From NCBI GenBank assembly GCA_030141605.1, contig JAQGDQ010001313.1, positions 1-48,080 of the forward strand: DNA of 48,080 bases, in the 5' to 3' direction. The position numbers and the translations under genes are program-made. A model generated the notes under the pieces. It was not told where the DNA came from. It saw only the letters and a list, made by a program, of their open reading frames with translations, and did not search any database. Shown here one piece after another: positions 34,671-46,982 of this stretch; the stretch's first letter is position 1; each line of letters opens with the position of its first letter. This DNA comes from Tubiluchus corallicola. Lineage: Eukaryota; Animalia; Priapulida.

Positions 34671-35234
34671 AGGAAAGAACAAGTCACTCAGTATGCTGGG
34701 TTTATTTTACTGTTATCACTTAAACTTAGAAAAATATAACAAAAAAATTTCAAAAAACTTTCTGTAAAGAATAAATCTAAAATATACTACCTTGGAGTAA
34801 AAACTTTCAAGAGTGGTGGTTGCCGCCATTCGGTTGAAAAAAGTGACATCACTGAGAGCCTTCGTAATTTTTCGTAAACGCGTTGTGGCTTTCCGTAAGC
34901 ACCCGCTGCTTAACGTGATTCAAATTTGTGCAGCTTACATAATGTTCATGCAAAAATAGTACAAAATTATTACAAGATATTACAAAATATCTAATTTTTT
35001 TAAAACATATTATACTTTTGATGAAGATTGACAGTGCACTACTTTTCTCCAATGACGTCATTGAAAGAAGAAAGCATATTGAAAATCGAAGCGCTCAAGC
35101 ATGTAGTGATCGCGACTTTAAAGCGATTTTACTAATTCCATGAGGCGTTTATTACAATTTTCTTTCGAGATCCTTCTAGCATTTCTCGCAAATATTGAAA
35201 TAAACCTGACTTTTTAGAAAGTTTGACCTTTCCT
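34671..35234. mobile_element. Kolobok-like MITE
   Basis: TTAA|AGGAAAGAACAA ... TTGACCTTTCCT|TTAA (TIR 10/12). Confidence 0.7.
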
Positions 35235-35619
35235 TTAAAGCCTTTTCAGCATTGTAACCTAATCAGAAGTCAAACTAAAAGCAGAGAAATATGTCAGCAA
35301 ATCAGTAAAACGCATTGTGAATGGTTGGTATAAAAATTAAAATTTTTGCAGAAACTTAGCCAAAAACAGATCATAATTAATCACATTATATACTAACTAG
35401 AAAACAGTTTACTAAACTCTGGTTGGAATCACATATTACTTTGAAAGAATACACTCAAACTAATTTATCAATCAGGCACTTAATAATTTTAATTACTAGT
35501 TATTACACGTGTTACTTTGGATACAAAATTACTAATTTCCGACCAGAATTTTCCGAAACTGGTCGCTAGATGGCGCGGCAGACATGTATTTACGCATTTC
35601 TGCTCAGTTCGCGTTTGTT

Positions 35620-35824
35620 CATTTCGTTTGTTTTGCTTTTTGTGTGCTGTTTTTTCCTTTCCTTTGGGATTTGTTGTTTGTATTTGTGTTTGTTTGCGTT
35701 TGCGTTGTTTTTGTTTATTTGTTTGCCTGTATGTAAACCTATGTGCTACGCCTATTCAATTGTTTAGGTTTTTAGAGTGTTTGTCTGTATGCTTCTTTGT
35801 TTTTATGTTTCTTTGTTTTTTGAT

Positions 35825-35886
<62 letters not shown>

Positions 35887-36170
35887 CTGTCTGTCTGTCT
35901 GTCTGTCAGGCTGTCTACCTACCTACCTACCTACCTGTTTGTCTGTTTGTTTGCTTGATTTAATGATTAGTTTTTTGTTAGTTTGTTTGTTTATTTGTTC
36001 AATTGTCTGTTTTTGTTTGCTTGTTTGTTTGTCTGTTTGTCTGTCTGCTGTCTGTCTGTCTGTCAGGCTGTCTACCTAACCTACCTACCTGTTTGTTTGA
36101 TTGATTTATTGTTTGTTTTCTTGTTCGTTTGTTTGTTTGTTTTTGTTTGCTAGTTTGTCTGTCTGTTCGT
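35620..36170. repeat. (TGTT/TGTC/CTAC)n low-complexity tract with an internal duplication
   Basis: CTGTCTGCTGTCTG...CAGGCTGTCTACCTA occurs twice (about 35880 and 36041). Confidence 0.9.
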
Positions 36171-36618
36171 CAGCACTGGTACGTACGTACAATACAATAG
36201 TTTTCACAGCCCAGCAAAGGTTTTCGTACATGTTGTTTAGCAAAAAGTTGAAACACTCGTGTAAGTTAAGTATTTGAAATTACCTATATAGCAGAAATTC
36301 TACGAAAATAGAAATCAAAATCTAGAACGTGATAATATCACAATCTATAGAGCTGTAGTTACATGTATGAAGCTAAGTTGCAGTATTTTGGATTTGGTTT
36401 ATCTGTTTATGCGTTTATATTTTTATTATCTAGTTTGTATCTAACTTAGAACAAGTGTATTGAGCATGCGTGCTTTACTTTTATTTATATTCTAGCAGTA
36501 AATGCGAAAGGTCAAAATTCTCTTACAAACCACAAACAATTATTCCGCTTGCAGTCATATAGGCACTTAATGTTGTGGCAGTTAATCAGCTAATAAGTTT
36601 GAGTACTGTGAACTTGAT

Positions 36619-37192
<574 letters not shown>

Positions 37193-37194
37193 AA

Positions 37195-37400
37195 GCACCA
37201 GTAAGAATCGCCTTAAAGGAAGCCTTAAAACCTTGCAAAAAACCACCTCGTAAATCAAAAACAACTTGGATAGCTAAGATAAATAAAGATGTTCAACAAC
37301 TTCAACCAAATCTATCTTTAGGAGTAGAAGAACTTACGCTGTTAGCTGCAGATAGAAGTAGTTGGAATACTCTAATAAATGTTCATACTTCAATGTCTAC
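37195..37400 (+). pseudogene. 5'-truncated RTE-clade LINE relic (C-terminus of the reverse-transcriptase ORF)
   Basis: ATG-less frame APVRIALKEALKPCKKPPRKSKTTWIAKINKDV...EELTLLAADRSSWNTL fits the RTE pattern RPRGRPxxxW...AxDRxxWR. Confidence 0.7.
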
Positions 37401-39058
37401 AACAAGTGGAATGAGAAAAAGTGTTATTTTGTATCCTTATAAGTTTTAATAAAAGCATTTATACTTCTTATTAATCCACGTGTTTGAAGCATTTGTTTCC
37501 CCCTGTCTGCGTTTATTATTTGCAGATTGTCTGTTTTGTTTGAAACAAGCGCTTTCCTCGGATATCAGAGGGGGGGCGTGTCTCCCCCTCGCAGAGGTAA
37601 AGTTTTTTGTTAAATTTAATTATCAATGACAATATATATATATATAGTCTTTAAGAATAGGCACACCACATACGTAAAAGGATTATTATTATTACCATTA
37701 TTCTTTTATTTCGTACCATTACATGCACTATGACTGATAGCGATTTTATTTTTCAAATATGTAACATATTTTTGTAAGAAATGATAAAAATATTTATGTC
37801 TGTAGGATTTCTCAGAATTTTGTTAAACTGTCTCTTTACTCCACTCAATCAATTTTCTTTAGAGAATTATGAATCTTAATGTCAGCACGCACGTAGCTGT
37901 AACTGGTAAATGCCATCCATTTTTAGAAGCCACAGCAGCTAACAAGGAACTAACAAGGAATACTTAAACTAAGTCAAGCTAATTAATTAGATAACTGACT
38001 GACTCGCTGACTGACTGACTCAGTCACTCACTCACCCACTCAGTCACCCACTCACTCACTCACTCAGCCACTCACTCACTCACTCACTCACTCACTGTCT
38101 CACTCGCTCACTGACTCAATGACTGGTTACCTAACTTATTAATCTGCCAGCCAGCTAACCTGGATCAATTTAGCCAACCAACCAACCGAACTATCAACCA
38201 GCTAACCAAACAACAAAAAAACAACTTCCTGAGTACTAACTTAAATGAGAGGCAAACAAACATTATATATCAATAAAAACAAATAACATAAACGAACGAA
38301 CGAACAAACAAACGAGCAAACAAACAGAATGTTGGTATAAACCAGAAGAGAAAGCTATATTCATTAAAATATATAGAAATAGTTCAAACTATTTATAGTT
38401 TGAATATATAGAAATATATCAAACTACTGTCCCACTCAAACTACAAACAATTATATGTAACGTTTAAAATTATTATTACTCTCACTCTATTCTTCACTCT
38501 ATCCTTATAAGATGCAGTTCAAAAATGAATCTTTTACTTTGCATTAGTCTGCAAACGCCACACTAAAGCTGGAATGCCCCACAGGGAGACAGCGGTGGAT
38601 TTTGGAAAGTTTTTGTGACTGTGAAGTACCGAATGTTGTTTTTTCATCAAATTTCTTGCCACCAAGAGAGTAAAAAAAACTCATTATCTGTTGAATAGAC
38701 GAATTTTCGTTTCTTTTTCGCCGACAAATCCTGCTAAACGACGATTCTCTCTACCTGCGGGCGTGGATTAAGCTGCTTCTGCAAACAGATTAACAGAAAT
38801 CTTCAATACTCATCATTGCTGTAACAGATCTCCCCACTGGGCAGTCCTCTCGGATCACAGAACCCACCCACCTCGTTGAATGGACGCCCGATGCAAACGA
38901 TCTGTTTATTCACGCATGCGCACTGGAGGAGGTGTCAGAAATGGACGGAGCTATGCTTGAGTTGGACTAAGACGTTACGTGAGTGTGCCAAGAGAGGGAT
39001 TGTAGAGTCATTACGCGTGTACTCGGTGCACCCATACAGATGTGTGCGTGTGAACGAA

Positions 39059-39413
39059 ATGTCATTAAGTCCTAAGCATACTCCTTTCTCAGTTACCGAT
39101 ATTTTAAACCCAATCGAAGAGAGTTATCGGAAATCGTTCGAATCGGCAATACCGCCGCTAGTACCGAATTATCACCGATCGGGCAGTAGCAGTTGCAATC
39201 AGGGTTATCATCAAACGGCAAACGTGAACAATATGAACGTGCCGGTGACGTCTCCGTACCACATGCACGTGCCGCAGCTGTCGCATCACACGTCGTTTCC
39301 GTCGCAGTACTGCAACGGCACCGAATTGTCGCATTACGGCGACCCGACGGGACTTACCGTCCGGCATTCCGGCACCGGATGGTACACGGCAAATCCCGAT
39401 CCGAGATTCGCAA
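39059..39413 (+). CDS. NKX2-1: NK2.1 / scarecrow (NKX2-1/2-4 family) homeobox transcription factor, first coding exon; homeobox exon not seen in the window
   Basis: MSLSPKHTPFSVTDILNPIEESYRK (TN/eh1 motif), YHMHVPQLSH, YCNG and GWYTANPDPRFA parallel NKX2-1 [26 protein letters not shown]...GWYGANPDPRFPA; phase-1 donor A|gtaagt. Confidence 0.93.
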
Positions 39414-40434
39414 GTAAGTAGATTCTTTATTGATTTTTCATTGCTTAATTTTACTGTCCTTTTCTGATTATTAAAAGAAGTTCTGTTGTATAATTGAATT
39501 AACTCATATTACTTATTATTCTTTTATTATTCAACCTTTAGAGGTGACCACGAGGCACTTCCTTTTAAACAGCTTATGAATAGGTATAATTTTCCTACAT
39601 AAACTCTATTTACATATCCTATATTTTGTCGATACATACGTTCTCTTACATAGACTAATTAATAAGAATTAACGAGGTATCTAAGACGCTGATCAAACTT
39701 TAATTATTAGTAATTTAATTTTCCTTTCTTCAACATACATATAAAAATTTTGTTTCGTAATTCAGTAATAATTCTGCTTAATAATGGATCCTAAATTATA
39801 CGCATTAGTTTTTTAGTACGTTATAATTTACGCGTTGTGCAATTTGTACATATTTTTTCAATTTCTAATGTAAGTGTGATGTAATAGATTATTAGAAATT
39901 AGCTTTAAAGTAGGTATTAGAATCGACTGGAAGTATTTACAATGTAAATCGCTCATTTTTTTCTTAATTCAAAACGCATGACATTAATTTCATTTTATCT
40001 AAATAAGTATTATCTAAGCTTTTCTAAAACTAAATACTTGGCTTTATTTAATTGGTTTAAAAATTAAAATTACATTTTTAAAAAATCTTTAGCTACGTTT
40101 TCTGAAAATAAAACAGGCAGTTGATATACGACGCATCAGTTAGCATGCTGTGTACCATTATTTGATAGCAATAATACATAACATATCGTTATGAATATAC
40201 ATACTAATATGTACACGTTCGTCTGCTATACAGTACATGTACTAATACGTAATATAAATACACTTTGATGTATTAAAGGAGAAATCAATAATAAAAATAT
40301 AATAATTTAATATTTCTATGAATAAAATTAACTGGCCTATTCACATTTGTTTAAAAATTCCACTTTTAAACCCAGTAACTTTAATTTGTTTTTTCTACAT
40401 GTTCAATGTAAAATTTTATTTTGCTGAACCGATT

Positions 40435-40774
40435 CTCAGGCAGTAGGACAAAATTGCCACAATGTTGTCGCAATATTTCTTACAAATGTTGGGACAATAT
40501 AGAAATGTGCTCTCTCTCTACAACCTTGTATCAATATTTTTTGGCAATATTGTCACAACATTGACACAATATGGAAAAAATGTGGAGATGTCTACTTCGC
40601 ACAACATTGTACCAATATTTTTTGAGGGCATTGTCTCGCAACATTGTCACATTATGGAAAAAATATTGTCAAAAATACTGGCACAATGTTGTGGAAAGTT
40701 GATATTTCCATATTTTCCCAGTATTTGCAAAAATATTGTGCCGACATTGTGGCAATTTTGTTGTGCTGCCTGGA
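40435..40774. mobile_element. Fold-back MITE with about 70-bp TIRs (CACTA/EnSpm-like), in the NK2.1 intron
   Basis: CAGGCAG...ACAAAATTGCCACAATGT mirrored by ACATTGTGGCAATTTTGT...CTGCCTG; internal ACAATATTGT-type repeats. Confidence 0.85.
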
Positions 40775-40953
40775 TTGCTTATTTTTGATTAAATTCTTTG
40801 CTTAAACATCGTTACTTCTAACACACTGTTTGTCTATTTGAGTTTTTTTCTAAACTACTGTACATAATAATACTAAACTTCCATCTTACAAGGTCCAGGT
40901 CTCTGTAAACTTAACACTTTATTAAACTTTATCACCCCCCATATATAACACAA

Positions 40954-41223
40954 CACCTGTATGATTACCTGAGCAAAACTTGTAAATCATATTCACGCTA
41001 TGCACACCTGGTTATAATCGGCTTGTTTAAACTTACCTGTATTAATTAAATACAGGTAAATTACGTATTTCGTAAGTTTGCTAGGAAGAGTTAACCCAGC
41101 AAATTTCATCCACCGTGTGCATCTACCTCACCTGTTGATAAAAGTTTACCTGTAATCATACCTGTGCATCTGTAACAAGAGCAGTTTTGTTCAGGTGAAA
41201 TGCAGGTAGAAATTTCTTAGGTG
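40954..41223. promoter_or_regulatory. Candidate intronic enhancer/silencer: homotypic CAGGTR cluster
   Basis: Ten CAGGTG/CAGGTA hexamers (either strand) in about 260 bp of non-tandem sequence. Confidence 0.6.
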
Positions 41224-41421
41224 TGAGATTAATATCTTTGAAAAACGTGTTTTTCATCACACGATGTTAACGTGGTTTACCACCTACCACAATCAAACTG
41301 TTAGTATTTTTTAACGATAAGCATTTCTTCTCTATCGTCTGAGTGGTAAAGAGTTTTAGCTGCTGTATGCAGACGCGCGTTTTATGAAAATGTGCAAACA
41401 GAGTAGCGCGGGCGCTGATTT

Positions 41422-41892
<471 letters not shown>

Positions 41893-42809
41893 AAGAAGAA
41901 GAAGCATAGTAGTTGTTTATTAATCATAAACTTAATATTTACAATCTTTATCACGGATAACAGAATTGAAACATTTCATAGTTCAAAATTTTCTACTTTT
42001 CAGAAAACAGCAACATTATACAAAGGTTTAAAAGATTCACAATAACAAATTTTTATTCAGTGTCAGTAAACAAATGTGAAATAACTGAGCAGAGCTTCCA
42101 GAATTTTACAAAATTGTAACACTTCGTTATGGTACTTGCAAAAATTAGTATTTTCTTATTCACAAGCTTTTAAAATATTAAAACAGATCTCAAATTCAAA
42201 ATTGCTATTGATAATTGAAGTTAAGAATGTAAAGTCAACATTGCTGAATCTTCTAGTTTCAGGTGTTAAATGACAGCCCATCAAAACTTGCCTTTCAGGT
42301 AGAATTAATTTTCCCGTTACAAAATGCAAGTTTCATCCTTATTCGTCTAAACTTACGTGTACAAAAACGTATATACATCACACGGCGGAAGCGTGGAATT
42401 ATTTCCGTGATGTGTGAATAAACCTTTATGGTAAAAATTATCATTTATCGCCACGATGATTAAACTTTATGCTACCGGTTTATGGTATTCGTGTTTAAAA
42501 CGAAAAATGACCTATTCAGATTGCGAGGTTCATAATAAAATAATAGTTATAGCTAAATTAAATTAAGCTTGCTATAAAATCATTAGAAAATACGTATCAT
42601 TAAAATTTACTTATAATATGATAGGCGGTGCAAATAATTATTCTATTTTTAGCACTTTGTTTTTGGGATGGTTTAAATGTAATGTGGGTTTTTAATAATG
42701 ATTATCTTAGCATTACGATTGTCTAAATAAATCTTCTTTTAGTGTTGAATTTCCTGCCTGTTTCTTGAGACAGTGATTTTATTTTTCATTTTTCTACTGA
42801 CTTACTCGT

Positions 42810-43258
42810 CTATTCATTCATTCATTCATTCATTCATTCATTCATTCATTCATTCATTCATTCATTCATTCATTCATTTGTTCGTTCGTTTATTCTTTCA
42901 TTCATTTATTCACTCGTTCATTCTTTCATTTGTTCGTTTATTTATTTACTTATTTATTCATTTATTCATTTGTTCGTTCGTTTATTCCTTCATTCATTTA
43001 TTCACTCGTTCGTTTATTCATTCATTCGTAAATACGTTTATTTATTCACTCGTTCATTCATTCGTTTGTTCGTTCATTTACTTGTTTATTTATTTATTTA
43101 TGTATTCACTCATTCATTCATTCATTCATTCATTCATTCATTCATTCATTCATTTATTCATTTATTCACTCATTCATTCATTCGTTCTTTCTTTCTTTCA
43201 TTTATGCAGTTTATAATATCTACTAATTTACTCGTCTATTCATTCATTCGGTATTTTT

Positions 43259-43294
<36 letters not shown>

Positions 43295-43300
43295 TCATTT
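42810..43300. repeat. (TTCA)n/(TTTA)n/(TTTC)n low-complexity tract
   Basis: Direct inspection. Confidence 0.93.
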
Positions 43301-44064
43301 ATTTACCCATTTTTATTTTATTGAATTATTTATTTAGCTTTACAGACATTTTACTTATTTACTTAGATTTTTATTATTTATTTATTTATTTATCTATATC
43401 TCTAATTATTTATATTTTATTTATCTACCATATTCCAAATTCTAGTTATTTACTGATTTATTTATCTCTGTATTTATTTATTATTTAATTACTTATACCA
43501 TATTTATGTATTATACATTCAATTATTTATTTATGCACATACTTTGGTTTAGTAATTTCATGCTATAATATAGAGAGCAGCACCTGTATAAGCATATTGT
43601 ATTATAATCTATATAAGTTCTAAAATTATATCTATATGATAAACTATAAAGATACAAGATGTATACAGATAAATCATAATGATATTAATAAAAGTACTAA
43701 TATAATAGTTTCACCTACGCGGAGATATAATGTTTATTGTCTCTATAAAAATTTTTTTTTCAAAAAAACGGCTTATGTTTTCCTTTAATTTAGACTAAAT
43801 CCTTTTCTTATTTACTAAAACTTCAAACAATTTCTTGCACTTTTCATATATTATTTATCTAGCCTACTTCTTACATACTTTTTTCTTTATTTTATTTTTA
43901 TTATTTCCCGCGTTTTAGTACAATTTGTTTTTATTCTATCCAATGAACTTAAATTTCACTTCAAATTTCCATTGTCTATTATAGTTATTTGCAGAGAAAT
44001 TCAATGTTCTAGTATTGAAATCAAGCACTTCAAGGATAAGACAACGTGTACCTGAAGTAGGTTT

Positions 44065-44425
44065 CAAAAAAATTGTCGTTGACTCCAGGGTGCGCCACTC
44101 ACTAACTAAAAATGTATTTTTAATCTTATTGACAAGACACAGTGATTAAAATTTTACTTAGTTAGTGACGTTTCCGTTCCGAATGCTCTGATTATTTTTT
44201 TCAATCTTTACTCAGTGTTATCTAAACTTGTTTCGAATGATCTGTCGTCGAAATGACAGCGTCTAACGGTCGTCGCGGGAGTTTAAATTTATGTGTTTTA
44301 TACAGCGTTGCTGCCCGTGCAAGTCCTGTATGCAAGAAGGCAGTGTGTAAATAGTTTAAAATTTCAAGACGAATTTTTTAAGCTTTATGTAAGTGGAGGG
44401 TTTTCTTGTGTTTTAAAACAAAACT
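44065..44425 (+). mobile_element. Module L copy plus the first bases of module R
   Basis: Colinear with 22800-23144; ends GTGTTTTAAAACAAAACT like 1827-1844. Confidence 0.8.
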
Positions 44426-44564
44426 TCTTTGAAAAAAGTAAACGCGCTTAAGTTTACCAAGTAAATTTTCTACTGAGACGTCAACTGCTATCATGAATTA
44501 ACTGTTAACTTTTAGCCTGGGTCTGCTTGGCTTACATAAGCCCTTGTTTTATTAATAAATTTAA

Positions 44565-45010
44565 AGGAAGACAGGATGATTTTTCATATGCTACCCCATT
44601 TTCAAGTTGCATAAAAAGTATACATTTTAACACAATTAATACTGCAAAAGCGTTTCTGATAATTAAATAATAGATTAAATAAGATATTCAGTGTGTTGTA
44701 CTAAAACTAGGCAAGTTTTAAGATAAAAAATAAAATTTCAAATTTACCGCTGTGTTCACGCATGAGCCCTCGAACGAATGCAGCACGTCACAAACTAACA
44801 CATCTAACTGTGTTCGTCTAAGTGCCCGTCTAATTAGCCAATGGCAAAATGCTTGTAACAGCGAAGAGCTAGTGACGCGAACCTGATATTGCGTTTGTGT
44901 GGTAATAAATCTTTCACGTAAGTCATTTTTGGAAAAATAGTATGTTTCCTTTCAATATTTTAAAGAGTAGATTGTCTTGACCTACAGTTTAACATTGGGT
45001 CTGTTTGCCT
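44565..45010 (-). mobile_element. Module R copy, inverted and internally deleted
   Basis: TTAA|AGGAAGACAGGATGATTTTTC is the reverse complement of the 2350-2374 end. Confidence 0.85.
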
Positions 45011-45535
45011 TCATATTATTTTTATTAAAATGCGTAGGACCCATTTACAATAATACACATTTACAAACTCATGTAAAAAAAGGAAAAATGTAATTCCTCT
45101 GCCAGCTTTATCACCCATTTATACTGTAGGCAAATTTTGCTTCACTTTATAAACCCATTACAAGCGAATTTCTGTGTGAAATTACCAGTCGTGTGTAGAA
45201 ATTACGTCAAACTCAACACCTGATTACAATGGAGCCATTTCTCGTTTCATATCTGATAAGAAGAAAAAAGTTTGTAGCCATTAAAGCTCGCAATTCATGC
45301 GTGCAGCGGGTGCATGCACGCAGTGTGAACCGGCCTTTAGAAAATTAATGTTTGAGCAGGCGAGATGAAAGCGTACAGCAAGCGACGGTCTCTGCCCCAT
45401 TTAACACGAATAAAATGATCATTATTAACTAATAATTTATTACTAACTATTAACTAATATTTTATCTTAATTGTTTAACAGATGTTGAAAGCATCTCGAA
45501 TGTTATTATTCTGCCTAGTCACTGCAAATTGTTAA

Positions 45536-45925
45536 AGGGAAAGAAATTTAAAGTGAATTGAATTATGTCTCTTACTTAGCATTACACGTGCCTGTTTGAA
45601 ACACTTACGTGTTTGGAAAAGAAAATTTTTAATAATTTAAAATGTTTGCGTCTCTCGGTAAAACGTCACTGTATCACCATCCCAGTGTGCACCAGTGGCT
45701 CACCATAAACGCATTATTGATTTTAATGTACAATATAAAGTAATTTAAACTTTTGCTTATTTAGCGAAGAGTGTGCTACTATTTTTTTTAAAACATTACG
45801 CAATGATATGAAAACTTGTTTCAAATGATTTATCGTCAAAAAGGCCGCCCCTGACGGTCATTACGGGAATTTAAATTGAAAAGTTTTACACAGAGTTGCT
45901 ACTAACGCAAGCCCCGCCTGCAATA
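45536..45925 (+). mobile_element. Module L copy
   Basis: Starts TTAA|AGGGAAAG; colinear with 1437-1780 and the 11590-12258 copy. Confidence 0.78.
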
Positions 45926-46039
45926 AGACAGCATTCGAGCTTTATTTACAAAAAGTGTTTTTATCCTTTAATTCCATAAGTGACTTGGCTTCATAAATGA
46001 TACATAAAGCAATGGTTATTCTTTTTCTTTAGAATTACT

Positions 46040-46132
46040 GATGTACATATATATATATATATATATCTACGTACATATATATCCATATTTTTATATACAA
46101 ATATATATATATATATATCCATATTTTTATAT

Positions 46133-46176
<44 letters not shown>

Positions 46177-46230
46177 TATATATATCTATATATCTACGTA
46201 CATATATATATCCATATTTCTATATATATA
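46040..46230. repeat. (AT)n-rich tract with short higher-order repeats
   Basis: ATATCCATATTTTTATATACAAAT repeated. Confidence 0.9.
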
Positions 46231-46814
46231 GAAATACAGAAATATATTCCTGAATTGTACAGGTTGAGCCAAAAGTAATACTACACTTTCAAACATTTAT
46301 TGAACAGCATCCGGTAGCTGTCATGATCATAATAATTTTAAAATAATTATACCAGCGCGAAAGCAGAAGACCCAGGTTCGAGTCCAATGGTGGGTAAAAA
46401 CTTTTTTCAAATTTCTAATTTAGTATTGCTTTTATACGTTTGTGGCGCTTCTATTTTTCCAAATATACAGAAAATGTTAAATTGGAATACAGAATAAAAA
46501 TAAAAATATTACAAAACAAAAACGAGATTCAAATCATTTATATTAAAATAATTAAAATAAAAGAGAAAAAGAAATAATTATAATTAAAATGAATAAAAAG
46601 AAATAATAATAATTAAAGTGAAATAATGTACCATGATATTTTGTGTCAATTTTCCAACTCTTTATAAAAGCACTAAGATCAATTATTAATGCATAAATAT
46701 TGGTAAAAATTATAAGAATTGATCATAGTCTGTAAGTTGGTATGAAAGATGCGATTTCCGTGAAGAAATGTTTGGATATTTTTCATTACAGGCACTTAAA
46801 AACATTTATAGCCA

Positions 46815-46940
46815 AAAACACAACTTTATTAAAACTTCCAATTCACATAATCAAAAAATCGTGTCAAAATTTTCGACAGACTACTGCTGTCGTAATCAGT
46901 GGTAAATTTTACAAACGTACGACCAGTTTATATAGGGGGA
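46815..46940 (-). mobile_element. Penelope-like pseudo-LTR: TATA box, degenerate hammerhead motif, poly(A) signal
   Basis: Minus strand TATATAAA (46934-46927), CTGATTA-C-GACAG..CTGTC-GAAA (46899-46871), AATAAA (46830-46825); homologous to 23800-23900. Confidence 0.75.
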
Positions 46941-46982
46941 ACCAAAAGAACATTATGCAACTAATAAAGTATTTAACAGAAG

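Noticed and set aside
42420-42545. Cluster of TTTAT(G) Caudal/Abd-B-like sites
   Set aside because: Too close to background in very AT-rich sequence to support without statistics.
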